In this document: positions 1 through 12,426 of the stretch, one piece after another
Layout: each line of letters begins with the position of its first letter
How positions within the stretch are numbered: position 1 is the stretch's first letter
Source of the DNA: Prorocentrum cordatum
Taxonomy: Eukaryota
NCBI GenBank assembly: GCA_963575745.1
Contig: CAUYUJ010000048.1
Location: forward strand, 310,001-374,000
DNA length: 64,000 nt
Reading direction: 5' to 3'
Translations under genes and position numbers: made by a program
The notes under the pieces: generated by a model
What the model saw: the letters and a program-made list of their open reading frames with translations, nothing else
Database searches by the model: none
Told to the model about the DNA's origin: nothing

Positions 1-78
1 GTAGTAGTAGTAGTAGTAGCAGTGGCAGGAGTAGTAGTAGTGGTAGTAGTAGTAGTAGTAGTAGTAGTAGCTGTAGTA

Positions 79-114
<36 letters not shown>

Positions 115-735
115 AGCGTACTCGTCGCGATAGTAGGAGTAGAAGTAGTGCGGCTATTCCGGGTAGAAGTCGTACCATTAGCATTGGAAGCGAGGCTAGT
201 CGTAGTCGTCGTAGTTTTTATTGTCCACATCCAAAGTGGGTATCTTGTTTTCTGTGCGCACGCCGCGCAGGATCTCACCCCCCCCTTTCCTCTCTCTCTC
301 TCACACACACTCACCATCATCACCATCATCATCACCGTCAACCACCATCATCGTCATCACACGTACACACTCATAATCATTACCATCATCATCACCATGC
401 ACCACCATCACCGTCATCACTGCTCATCAGCAGAATCTTTCATCACTACTCATCATCATAATCCTCATCGTCATCATCGTCACCATCATCACCACTCGAT
501 CACCCATTCACTTACTCAATTACTCACTCATCCTCAGTAGGCTTCGGAGGCAGTGGTCCTCCGACGGTTGGACCGCTGCCACTTTCAACATCACCGTCAC
601 CATCTCCATCACAATCTCTCGACCACCCACTCAGTGGCCATCATGATCATCATCAGCATCATCACCACTCATTCATCACACACTCATTTTCAGAATCATT
701 CACTCACTCATCATTTCGTCATCACTCACTCCCTG
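1..735. repeat. (GTA)n then (CAT/CAC)n low-complexity tracts
   Basis: Trinucleotide runs at 1-~220 (GTA) and ~300-735 (CAT/CAC/CACT). Confidence 0.9.
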
Positions 736-736
736 G

Positions 737-1290
737 CTTGAATATGGAGGTAGTATCATGCGGGAGCCTCGTCTGTGAGTGAATTGTGAGGAAGTCTCAG
801 GCGGGAACCCTTCCCTATGGGGCCCGCGCTTCATGATTTTAATCCGAGGCGGGTCATTCGAATCGTGTAACTGTCGTCACTTCTGGGCCCTTGTGGCGAG
901 AATATGGAGGAAATATAATGCGGGAGCCTCGTCGGTGAGTGAATTGCGACGAAGTCTCAAGCGGGAAGCCTCTCCCTATGGGGCCCGCACCTCATGTTTT
1001 TAATCCGAGGCGGGTCATCCGAAACGTGTAACTGTCTCACTTTTGGGCCCCTGCGGCGTGAATCTGGAGGAAATGTCAAGCGGGAGCCTCGTCTGTGAGT
1101 GAATTGCGACGAAGTCTCAGGCGGGAAGCCTCTCCCTATGGGGCCCGCACCTCGCGTTTTTAATCCGAGGCGGGTCATCCGAAACGTGAAACTGTCGTCA
1201 CTTTTGGCCTCCGGAGGGCTTGAATAAGGAGGATGTATCAGGCGGGAGCATCGTCTGTGAGTGATTCGCGAGGAAGTCACAGGCGGGAGC
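737..1290. repeat. ~160-bp tandem repeat, ~3.4 copies
   Basis: Motif gaatatggagg...gcgggagcctcgtc.gtgagtgaattg recurs at ~737, 896, 1056 and 1218. Confidence 0.92.
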
Positions 1291-1461
1291 CCGCTGGTCT
1301 GTCCCCGCGGGAGCCCCCGCGTTGAGCCAGCTGGAAGCATGCGAGCTAGAGCTGAGGTGCAGGAGAAGGAGGAGGAGGAGGAGGAGGAGGAGGAGGAGGA
1401 GGAGGAGGAGGAGGGGGAGGAGGAGGAGGAAGACGAGGATCAGGAATTGAGGAGGACGACG

Positions 1462-1942
1462 GCGGCCGGGCGCAGGGGGAAACCCTTGCGTCCGGGCCAG
1501 GGGTGGTAACCCATCCTCGGCCGAAGCGGCGGCCGGGCGCAGGGGGGAACCCTTGCGTCCGGGCCGGGGGTGGTAACCCATCCTCGGCCAAATCGGGGGC
1601 AAGGGTAACCCTTTGTCTCCGGGCCGCCGGTGGTAACCCATCGGCGGCCGAATCGGGCGCAGGGGTAGCCCCTTGCGTCCGGGCCGTGGGTGGTAACCCA
1701 TCCCCGGCCGAATCGGGGGCAGGGGTAACCCTTTGTCTCCGGGCTGGCAGTGGTAACCCATCGGCGGCCGAATCGGGCGCAGGGGTAGCCCCTTGCGTCC
1801 GGGCCGTGGGTGGTAACCTATCCTCGGCCGAATCGGGGGCAGGGGTAACCCCTTGTCTCCGGGCTGGCGGTGGTGACCCATCGTCAGCCGAATCGGGCGC
1901 AGGGGGGGACCCTTGCGTCCGGGCCGGGGCTTGGTAACCCAT
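1462..1942. repeat. 60-bp minisatellite, ~8 units, with alternating A/B variants (120-bp higher-order period)
   Basis: tggtaacccatc...gccgaatcggg recurs every 60 nt; units ending ttgcgtcc alternate with units ending ttgtctcc. Confidence 0.93.
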
Positions 1943-1944
1943 CC

Positions 1945-2360
1945 GATGACGATGATGATGTTGACGATGTTGCTGATGATGATGTTACTGATGGTGATGA
2001 TGATGATGATGATAACGATGATGATGATAATGATGATGATGCGGATGATGATGACGATGATGATGATGACGATGAGGATGATGATGATGGTGATGATGAT
2101 GGTGATGATGATGATCATACAGATTTTGCTGCTGAAAATGACGGCGACGATGCTGATGATGATGGGCTCCTCAGGGTCAGGTCTTCGGAGTCCCTCTAGG
2201 CCTTCTTGGACACTCTTGAAGTGGAGGAGAAGGAGGATGAGGTGGAGGAGGAGGAGGACCAGGAGGAGGAGGAGGAGGAGGAGGAGGAGGACGAGGCGGG
2301 GGGAGGAGGGGGGAGGAGGGGGGGGAGGAGGGGGGAGGAGGAGGAAGAGGAAGCGGAGGG
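1945..2360. repeat. (GAT)n and (GAG)n microsatellites
   Basis: Direct reading of the sequence. Confidence 0.95.
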
Positions 2361-2421
2361 GGGAACACTTCCTCTTGGGAGATCTGGGAGCTTGCGTAGA
2401 GGCTTCACTGCGGCGGCGCTC

Positions 2422-2429
2422 GGCTCAAG
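2422..2429 (+). other. Possible relict dinoflagellate spliced-leader 3' end (GGCTCAAG)
   Basis: Matches the last 8 nt of DinoSL (DCCGTAGCCATTTTGGCTCAAG) and lies ~78 nt upstream of gccATG at 2507. The match is short. Confidence 0.4.
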
Positions 2430-2506
2430 CGACGCTGCGCCGAGCGTTTTCGGACTTGCACTTCCTGGGTCGCTGGGCCCTTGCTTTTTCTATTCCCTCG
2501 GCGGCC

Positions 2507-3717
2507 ATGTCGATGCCGCCGCAGCAGGCCAACGCCCTCAACAAGAGGGAGCGGAAGCGGCAGCGGCGGGCGGCAAGCCCCCGCGTGGCCCGGCTCCGCG
2601 CTGACTTCGAGGCGCGGGCGGCGCAGGAAGCACAAGGCGCCAACGGCGAGGGCGGCGAGGGCGGCTGGGGCGCTGCCCCCGCCGGGAACGCAGGCGCCAA
2701 GGGCGAGGGCGGCAAGGGCTGCTGGGGCGCTGCCCCCGCCGGGAGCACAGCCCCCGCCGGGGGCAAAGGCGCCCGCGCCAGCGCCAGCGCCGCCGCCGCC
2801 GGCGACGGCGGCGCCAGCGCCAGCGCCAGCAGCCCCAGCGCCGGCGACGGCGCTGAGCACGGCAGGGGGGCCGAGAAGGGGAAGGGCAATCGCCTCTTGC
2901 ACCCCGAGCTGCTGCCCGAGGACGACCAGAAGCGAGCGACCGCGGCTGCAACGAAGGAGGAGCGGACGGACTGGCCGCGGAAGCTTGCGCTGCCATTTGT
3001 CTTGCGTTGGCTGCGTTGGTCGCGTTGCGAGCGTTGGTTGCCCTGTCTTTGCGCCGCGCGGTTCGCGTTGCCTGCGCTGCTTGCGTTGCTCGCGTGGCCC
3101 GCATTGCGCGTTGAGTTTCTGTGCTCAGTTCGGTCGACCCAAGAGGAGCACGGCGCCCTCCTCAACGCGATCAGGTCCACGAACGAGAAGACGGGAAAAA
3201 ACCTGGGGCCACGGCCGTCGGCGACATAATTTGAATACGTCTCAGATTTCCAGGTCTGCCACGTGCTTCTTCAAAATATCCAGGGGCGCCGCGGGGGTTC
3301 CTCGTTTCGGTTTCGTTTTGAGAGGCCGTCCAGGTGCGCCTCGTGCCCCAGGTGCGCCGGGAGCGCCACGCGCGCTCGGCGTCGAAAATTCTGTCGCCGA
3401 TGAGGCCCTGGCGCGGTGGCGCCCGGGTGCTTGCGAGTCCACGAAGAAGCTGCTCGTCGCCTCCCAGGGCCTCGACAACGACTGGTGGCGGACGACGGCG
3501 CCGCTGACGCAGCGGGAGGCCGAGGTCGTGGAGGCCCGCCGCGATCGGTTTCGGTCGACCCTCCTCGTCGACGGCGCCCCCGCGGCGCTCGTGTCGTTCG
3601 AGCGGGGGGCGAAGTGGATCTGGGGCGAGTTCCCCGGGCAGAACGCAGCCGGGCCGCCCCGCGTCCTCAGATACGAGGAGGGCGGCTACTGCGCGCGCGC
3701 CGCGGGCGGGCTGCAGG
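2507..3717 (+). CDS. Multi-exon hypothetical protein (MSMPPQQANALNKRERKRQRR...); predicted exons 2507-2959, 3146-~3170, 3438-~3717; may continue downstream
   Basis: gccATG start and GC3-rich codons. Predicted intron 2960-3145 is GA..AG with gaggagc repeated at both ends. The second intron is bounded by a gtccacgaa direct repeat (exact donor ambiguous). Downstream exon reads STKKLLVASQGLDNDWWRTT...KWIWGEFP. Confidence 0.55.
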
Positions 3718-3925
3718 CGCGGTCGCCGCCGCGGGTCACGCCCGCAGAAGCGGAGGTCCGCTGAGAGGAGGCGCCGCCGCCGGCCCTTGTGCCGCGCCGA
3801 GGCGATGGGCCCTCGCAGCAGGATGACCTCCTCTTCCTAGTGAGAGCGCCAGCCGACGCCGGGGCGGAGGGCGGGGGGGGGGAGCAGGAGGAGGAGGGGA
3901 AAGAGGAGGAGGAGGAGGTGGAGGA

Positions 3926-3956
<31 letters not shown>

Positions 3957-4003
3957 GGGGGAGGAGGAGGAGGAGGAGGAGGAGGAGGAAGAGGAGGAGG
4001 AGG

Positions 4004-4210
4004 TGGCTGCACCTCTACGTCATGCTCTCCCGCGCCACGCGCGTGCGGAACATGCTGATCCTGCGGCCGCCCGCGCGAGAGTTCCTGGAACGCGCGCCGC
4101 CGGCGCCCCCGCGAAGGGCGCTCCACGAGTTCGACAAGAGAGCGGTGGACTTCAGGGCTGTGGCGGCGCAGCTCACGGCAGAGCTGGGCTTCGCGCTGCC
4201 CCCCGCCTGA
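4004..4210 (+). pseudogene. C-terminal fragment of a Pif1-family (SF1B, possibly Helitron-type) helicase
   Basis: Translation WLHLYVMLSRATRVRNMLILRPP...* contains YVMLSRA, matching SF1/Pif1 motif VI (YVALSRA). No upstream helicase motifs were found. Confidence 0.6.
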
Positions 4211-4689
4211 GCGCCGCGGCGCGCGCCTGGAAACCCGCGGGGTTGCCCCAACGGTCTGGCCCGCGGGGTTGCCCCGACGGCCTGCCCTCGCGCCCCTGCG
4301 GCCCGCGGGGTTGCCCCGGAGGCATGGCTGGCCCGAAGGGCTGCCCCGAAGGCTTCGCGATCTAGCCGTCGGCAAACGCGCGCGCGCTGGCCGAGGCGGC
4401 GACGGCGCCGAGGAAAATCGGCTGGCTTCCCCCGACCAGGGGGAAGGGGAGGTGCACATGGAGAAGAGGCAGGAGGAGGATGAGGAGGGGAGGGGTAGGG
4501 GGAGGGCGACGATGAGGAGGAGGTGGAAGAGGAGGAGGAGGAGGAGAAGGAGAAGGAGGGGGAGGGGGAGAAATAGAAGAAGGAAGAAAAGATGGCTGAG
4601 GAGAGGGCGAGAGGAGGGTGTTCGCCATGGCCGGGAGGACAGGGATAAAGGGCAAGCTAAACAGATTATCATGCGGGGTCTTTCCGTCG

Positions 4690-4781
4690 GAGTAATCGTC
4701 GTAGTGGTATCAACAGTCGTAGAAGTAGTAGTAGTAGTAGTTGCACAAGTAGCCGTACTGTTAGTAGTAGTAGTAGTAGTG

Positions 4782-4817
<36 letters not shown>

Positions 4818-4853
4818 CTGGCAGTAGTGGTAGTTGTAGTTGTAGTTGTAGTT

Positions 4854-4898
<45 letters not shown>

Positions 4899-4929
4899 CA
4901 AATAGTAATAGTAGTAGTAGTAGTATTAT

Positions 4930-4969
<40 letters not shown>

Positions 4970-4973
4970 CGCT

Positions 4974-5035
<62 letters not shown>

Positions 5036-5140
5036 CTAGTAGTAGAGTAGTTAGTAGAAGTAGTAGTAGTAGTAGTAGTGGTAGTAGTAGTAGTAGTAGT
5101 AGTAGTCGTAGTAGTAGTAGTAGGTAGTAGTAGTAGTCGT

Positions 5141-5194
<54 letters not shown>

Positions 5195-5299
5195 GAGGAG
5201 GAGGGGAGGAGGAGGAGCAATAGTAGTGGTGGTGGTAGTCGCAGTAGCTATCGTAGCCGTAGTGTAGCAGTAGGAGTCGAAGTAGTAGTAGTTAGTAGT

Positions 5300-5343
<44 letters not shown>

Positions 5344-5350
5344 TCGTGTC

Positions 5351-5387
<37 letters not shown>

Positions 5388-5582
5388 CAGCAGCAGTAAT
5401 AGTAATAGTTGTAGAAGGTGCAATCGTAGTAGTAGTCGTAGGAGTACTCGTAGTAACAGTGGTAGTAATAGTAGTATGTGTAGTCGCAGTAGCAGTAGTA
5501 GTTTTAATAGTAATAGTAGTAGAAGTAGTAGCAGTAATAGTAGCAGTGGTGGTAATTGTAGCAGTTGGAGCTGTCGTAGTAT

Positions 5583-5665
<83 letters not shown>

Positions 5666-5751
5666 ATAGTAGTAGTAGTAGTAGGAGTAATAGTCGTAGT
5701 AGTAGTAGTGGTAGTAGTAGTAGTAGTAGTAGTAGTAGAATAGTGGTAGTG

Positions 5752-5784
<33 letters not shown>

Positions 5785-5819
5785 TAGTAGCAGTAGTAAT
5801 AGTAGTAGTAGTAGTAGTA

Positions 5820-5865
<46 letters not shown>

Positions 5866-5900
5866 CAGTCGCCGTCGTCGTCGTAAAAGTAGTAGTCGTG

Positions 5901-5970
<70 letters not shown>

Positions 5971-6028
5971 TAGTCGTGGTAGTAGTAGTAGTAGTAATAG
6001 TAGTAGTAGTAGTAGTAGTAGTAGTAGC

Positions 6029-6063
<35 letters not shown>

Positions 6064-6092
6064 TAGTAGTAATAGTAGAAGTAGTAGTAGTA

Positions 6093-6142
<50 letters not shown>

Positions 6143-6242
6143 TTGTCGTAGTGGTCAGAGTAGTATTTGTACCAGTTCTAGTAGCAGGGGGTAGCATTGG
6201 TAGTAGCTCAAGTCGTAGTATTCGTCGTCGTGGCCGTCGTAA

Positions 6243-6291
<49 letters not shown>

Positions 6292-6460
6292 CGTAGTAGT
6301 CGTAATAGTAGTAGTAGTAGTAGTAGTAGTAGTAGGAGGAGGAGGAGGAGGAGGAGGAGGAGGAGAAATAGTAGTAGTCGTAGTCGTGGTCGTTGTTGTA
6401 ATAGTACTACTCGTATTAATAGCAGAAGTAGTACATGCAGTCGCGGTGGTCGTAGGAGGA
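4690..6460. repeat. Long (GTA)n microsatellite tract
   Basis: ~1.8 kb of GTA with GTC/GTG/GCA variants. Confidence 0.97.
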
Positions 6461-6464
6461 TCTC

Positions 6465-8410
6465 GGGGAAACTGTTTTGACCGCTGGCACATTTCGCGGG
6501 GGTCCAGTTCTGAAGGAGGACGCGGTGCGCTGCGGAAGCTCGCGCGTCAAATCGAGGGCGAACGGGCGAACCGAGGACCTTGCGCATGGTTCAAATATTG
6601 TGAATTCAACGACGGGCGTCGTCCGACACCCTGTCCTAGAGCCGAATTTGGCTGGAGTGCTTCGGGCGCGGATCGCGCGTTTGTCGCCCCCGGCAGATCG
6701 CGAGGAGGGCCTGGAGCTATCCGACGGCGTCGCGTCGGGGGCGATTGCGCGCGCTCGCCAGAGCAACGTGTATTCCGCCCGCGGCATCGAGCGTCCATCT
6801 CTGCAGTGCTCCTTGGGGTCACTTGTGAAGCGCAAGCTGAAGTGTCGTGGGCAGCGACGCGAAAAGGCATGACTATGGTCGGAACTAGTGTCTTGGGATG
6901 GAATTCTTGTCGCCGGGAACCTGCCTCTCAAATCCGATTCACTGTTGAGAAGGGCAAAGGGCCCGCCGAGACTTCTCTTGGAGAGCTGGTTTATAAAGTA
7001 GAGGAGGAGCATCCTCGCGCTATTGTGAAAGAAACTCGCCGAGCAATGAGGTTAGCTAGTTGGCTTGCGGTGAAGGCGCAGACCGTCTATGCTGGCCCGG
7101 TGGTGTTGCGGCGTTGCCCGACTCGCTTGCCCTGGAGACTTGAGTTGCGCAGAGCGGCCGACATTCCAATTGCGATGCAAATCGCAGTCGACAGCGCTCT
7201 CGTTTCTTCATCCGAAGGTACAGACAACAGCGCCATGGCCGGTGGAGTCCTGGATGGCGATAAGATTCTGCTGATGTTCGATCCAAAATTTGATCGAGCG
7301 GGCAAGGTTCACCGAGCCAGCCGCCCGAAGAGAGAACGCAGTGTTTCTTCAACGAAAGGAACAGAGCATTCCTCCTGCTATCCATCTGTTGGGCCAAGAT
7401 GGATGGGCCCGAGTTCAGTCGTTCCGAAAGTTGGATACGCTCGTTGATGCCAGGGAGGCGCGAGGGAAGTCGGCCTCGCTGGCTGGCGCGAGTCGTCGCG
7501 AGGTGGACATCCCGAGCGCTGTAACGCAGGCTGGTCAACGCGAAGCTCTAAGAGCTGCGCTTGCACTCTCTAGTGTCTCGCGCAGCTTCTGATCAGTAGG
7601 CAGTCTCGTCGGCAGAGCAGATGGCCTTCCCTCTTGGCCGTGCGCGGATTTCTCCAGGACTTGCGCTCGGGACGCGCGCTGCCGAGGAGATGGGCGCCCG
7701 CGCGGCGTCTGCTCAGGAGCGTCGTGTAAAATCCTGGGAGCGTGCCTGCGAGACGTCCCCACTTCAGGAGCTGGCTGAGCTTCTAGTTCTGAAGCGCAGT
7801 CGTTTTGGTTGGGGGCCGGCGACCGAAGAAGAACTGACGGCCGCGCGCGATGCTTTGGGGGCGGGCTTTGTTAATATATTTCAGTCACTGGACGATTACA
7901 GGCGCTATCCGTAAGATATGCGACATGGTTCCATTCCTGCAAGTGATTCTCATGCATTTCAATTCGGATGGTGCCGCGCCAACCATCACGTGGATCCGAG
8001 GGGGAGCGAACCCCACATGGAACCGAAAACCAGAGAGGACGACATCCATGGTTCTGCAGGTAAAAAGCTCAGAACCAGGCGAACTGCGAAACATAAGAAC
8101 GACGATATGGAGGCGTACTCTTCCCCGGGGAACCACGCCAGCTTGGACTGTAGTGTCTTGACTATGATGTTGTTCATGCTCTAATAGTTTAGACCCTGGG
8201 GCCGACGGTCGCTAGCTGGAGCGCGTAGAAGGGGAAACGCGCACAACGGCGCACTGCAATGACGCGAGGACAGCAGCATGAAAGTCTTCGGCCTGAAGTC
8301 CCAGGTGGCTCTCAGCGTTCTCTCTGGGGGCTAATGCGTTTTAGCCGGGGCTGCGGGGCAGAACCTGTCCTGTGACATTCTTCGGGGTGCCTGGTGTCAT
8401 GGGTGATGGT
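6465..8410 (+). other. Complex ~1.9-kb island inside the GTA tracts; probably a decayed coding or TE fragment
   Basis: Abrupt switch to non-repetitive sequence with overlapping, broken + strand ORFs (6477-6872, to 7447, 7290-7592, 7621-7914, 7918-8184). No recognisable domain. Confidence 0.35.
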
Positions 8411-8485
8411 AGTAGTGCCTGGTACATGCCTGTGACGTGCGTAATCGTGGCAGCCGTAGTAATCGTAGTAGTAACAGTAGTAGTC

Positions 8486-8525
<40 letters not shown>

Positions 8526-8593
8526 TAGTAGTAGTAGTAGTAGTGGTAGTAGTAGTAGTAGTAGTAGTAATAGTAGTCGTAGTAGCAGCAGTT

Positions 8594-8644
<51 letters not shown>

Positions 8645-8655
8645 CTGGTAGTAGC

Positions 8656-8690
<35 letters not shown>

Positions 8691-9194
8691 TACAAGTAGT
8701 AGTAGCGCTAGAACTCGTACTCGTATTCGTATTTGTACTAGTACTAGTACGAGTAGTGGCAGGATTAGTTGCAATATTAAAAAATAATAGCAGCAACAAA
8801 CGCAATAGCGGTGGTCGTAGCAGTCGCAGCAACAGTAGCAGTTTCAGAATCAGTTGTAGTTGCAGTGGCAGTAGTGGTAGTGGTAGTACTTGTTGTTGTT
8901 GTAGTCGTGGTCGTGCGCGTGGGCAAGATAGAAGTGGTAATTCTAATAGTAGTCGTATTCATAGTAGTCGTGGTAGTCGTAGTACGAGTAGTAGCAGTAG
9001 TTGCAGGAATCGTCGCCGTAGCCGGAGTACTAGAGTGCTTGTAGTAGGTAAGCAGGAGTGGTCGTTGCAGTAGTACTCGTAGCAGTAGGAGTGGTAGTGG
9101 TAGTAGGCGTCGCAGTCGTAGTAGTCGTAGCAGGAGTGGTAAAAGTGAGCAGGGGTAGCAGTCGTAGAAATAGTAGTAGTAGTAGTAGTAGGAG

Positions 9195-9233
<39 letters not shown>

Positions 9234-9346
9234 TAGTAGTAGTAGTAGTCGTAGTAGTAGTACTAGTAGTAGTAGTAGTAGTAGTAGCAGCACTAGTAGT
9301 AGTAGTGGTAGTCGTAGCAGCAGTAGTGATAGTAGTAGTAGCAATC

Positions 9347-9388
<42 letters not shown>

Positions 9389-9925
9389 ATAGTAGTAATA
9401 GTAGTAGTAGTACTACTACTACTACTACTACTACTAGTACTAGCACTAGTAGTAGGATGAGGAGTAGCAGTAGTAGCAGTAATAATAATTGTAATTGTTG
9501 TAGTAGTAGTCGCTGTGGTCTAGTAGTAGTCGTAGTAGTCGTATTAGTAGTAGTAGTAGTAGTCGTAATAATCGTAGTAGTAGTAGTAGCAGTAGTAGTA
9601 GTAGTAGTAGTAGTGGTGGTAGTCGAGGAATTAGTGGTAGTAGTAGAAGTGCCAGTTGTAATACCGCTAGTCGTGGTAGTGGTAATACTCGTAGTAGTTG
9701 TAGCAGTAGCAGTAGCAGTAGCAGGATACGTAACTGTTGTAGCAGTTGTAGTGATAGAAAATTAGGGGCACTAGTCGTAGTGGTAGTAGTAGTAATAGTT
9801 GTTGTTGTAGTAGTGGTAGCAATAGCAGTCGACGTCGTAGTGGTGTAGTAGTAGCAGTGCCAGCGTTAGTAGTAGCAGTAGTAGTCGTAGTAGTCGTAGT
9901 AGTCGTAGTAGTCGTAGTAATAGTG

Positions 9926-9980
<55 letters not shown>

Positions 9981-10037
9981 CAGTAGTAGTCGTAGTAGTA
10001 GTAGTAGTCGTCGTCGTCGTAGTTGCAATAGTAGTAT

Positions 10038-10077
<40 letters not shown>

Positions 10078-10115
10078 TAGTAGTAGTAGTAGTAGTAGTA
10101 GTAGCAGTAGTAGTC

Positions 10116-10170
<55 letters not shown>

Positions 10171-10271
10171 TAGTAGTAGTAGTAGTAGCAGTAGTAGTAG
10201 TAGTAGCAGTAGTAGTAGTAGTAGTAGCCGTATTAGATTTTTTATTTTAATTATTATGATTGGTAGTCGTC

Positions 10272-10327
<56 letters not shown>

Positions 10328-10358
10328 TGTAATAGTCGTAGTGGTAGTAGTAGTGGTA

Positions 10359-10399
<41 letters not shown>

Positions 10400-10420
10400 C
10401 GTCGTAATGGTAGTAGCCGG
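8410..10420. repeat. Long (GTA)n microsatellite tract
   Basis: Direct reading of the sequence. Confidence 0.97.
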
Positions 10421-10547
10421 GGATTTCAAATGTGGTCTGGGAATTGTATTCTGGCAGCACGAAGAATAGGAAACTATAGGAATCGATTGGAGTCCTGGGG
10501 AGTCCCCGGGTTCCCCGGCTTCTCCCGGCACCCGCCCAGAGCCCCGA

Positions 10548-10985
10548 CGTGTGGTCTGGCCGCAGTTGCGAGGACATTCGTTTCAAAAGTGTGCAACAGT
10601 TGCGCGGATGGAAGACGTCTGGTTTTCAAAATGGGCGTCGCGTGCCGCCGCCCGCCCACGCATTCGTTAAATATCCAATGGCCTTGAAACATTGTTGTGT
10701 TTTGGGGGCCTGGTGCGGCTCGGCCACAGTTGCGCGGACATTCGTCTTAAACGTGTGCAACAGTTACACGGATGGAGAGCGGTTGGTTTTCAAAATGGGC
10801 CTCGCGGTCCGCCGCCCGCACACTTAGTCGTTAAATGTCCACTGACATTTTTTTGGTGTTCTGGGGGGACAGGTGTGGCTCGGCCACAGTTGCGCGGACA
10901 TTCGTCTTAAAAGTGTGCAACAGTTACACGGATGGAGAGCGGCTGGTTTTCAAAATGGGCCTCGCGTGCCGCCGCCCGCCCACAT
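10548..10985. repeat. ~162-bp tandem repeat, ~2.7 copies
   Basis: cagttgcg.ggacattcgt...gtgtgcaacagtt...ggttttcaaaatgggc units start at ~10548, 10712 and 10873. Confidence 0.92.
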
Positions 10986-11075
10986 GGCCCACAAGGCTTC
11001 TTTCCAGGAAAGGGGGGCCTCTGCATCCTCCCTCCCCCTTCGCTCTGCCATCCCCATGGCCGCCGACGACGAGCA

Positions 11076-11336
11076 ACCCTCGTCAGAATTAACATCAAAA
11101 ATGTCTGACGTGGTTGGACTACTTGTCGGAAGATCTGGGGCCGAGTATCGATGAGTGCGGGGTACTTGCATGCGCTGCCCCTCCAATGTCGGTCGACGTC
11201 AAACTTTCGAGTCTACTACGGTCAGACTATCTTTGCCCTCGCCCCGACATTGAAGGGGCGGCGTGTCGACATTGAGGGGCGCGCCGGAACCGAAATGACG
11301 TGCCAACAACTGTTGAGGTTCATTTTGACGAGGGTA
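11076..11336. mobile_element. Singleton TIR element (MITE-like, ~260 bp)
   Basis: Imperfect inverted termini accctcgtcagaattaacatcaa ... ttgaggttcattttgacgagggt. Confidence 0.6.
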
Positions 11337-11348
11337 GTAGTAGATGGG

Positions 11349-11395
<47 letters not shown>

Positions 11396-11443
11396 AGTAG
11401 TAGTAGTAGTAGTAGTGGTAGTAGTAGTAGTAGCAGTAGTAGC

Positions 11444-11519
<76 letters not shown>

Positions 11520-11526
11520 ATAGTAA

Positions 11527-11560
<34 letters not shown>

Positions 11561-11584
11561 CGTCGTCGTCGTCGTCGTCGTCGT

Positions 11585-11619
<35 letters not shown>

Positions 11620-11867
11620 GTCGTCGTCGTAGTCGTAGTAAGTCGGCGTAGTTGTAGTAGTAGGTTAGTAGTAGTAGTAGTAGGAGTCGTAGTTAGTAGT
11701 AGTAGTAGTAGTAGGTTAATAGTGTAGTATAGTAGTTAGTTTAGATTTAGTAGTTAGTAGTTTATGAGTAGTAGTGTAGTCAGTAATTAGTTTAGGAGTC
11801 GTAGTAGTTAGTCGTAGTAGTAGTAGTAGTTAGTAGTAATAGTAGTAATAGTAGTAGGTATTAGGTA

Positions 11868-11900
<33 letters not shown>

Positions 11901-12008
11901 GTTAGTAGTAGTAGTAGTAGTAGTAGTAGTACTGGTACTGGTAGAGTAGTTAGTGAGTTGTTGTTGTTGTAGTAGTAGTCGTAGTAGTAGTAGTAGTAGT
12001 AAGTAGTA

Positions 12009-12042
<34 letters not shown>

Positions 12043-12139
12043 TGTGTTAGTAGGAGTTACTAGTAGTAGTAGTAGTAGTAGAAGTCGTTAAGTTAGTAGT
12101 AGTAGTATAGTAGTATAGTAGTAGTATTTTTTTAAGTAA

Positions 12140-12172
<33 letters not shown>

Positions 12173-12173
12173 C

Positions 12174-12210
<37 letters not shown>

Positions 12211-12392
12211 TAGTAGTGGTAAGTTAGTAAGTAGTTAGTAGTAGTAGTTAGTAGGGTAGTAGAGTTAGTAGTAGTAGTAGTCGTAGTCGTAGTAGTAATA
12301 GTAGTTAATAGTAGTAATAGTGTGGTCGTAGTCGTAGTCGTATTTAGTCGTAGTACTAGTGTTAGTCAGTAGTAGTAGTTTTAGTAGTAGTA

Positions 12393-12426
<34 letters not shown>

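Noticed and set aside
737..1942. CRISPR-like periodicity in the 160-bp and 60-bp arrays
   Set aside because: Inter-motif sequence is also conserved, so there are no spacers.
6191..6212. Second spliced-leader relic (gtagctcaag)
   Set aside because: Only a 7-nt match inside a degenerate GTA tract, with no credible downstream start.
11640..12360. Distinct repeat class within the GTA tract
   Set aside because: The indel-rich pattern is consistent with unpolished long-read error.
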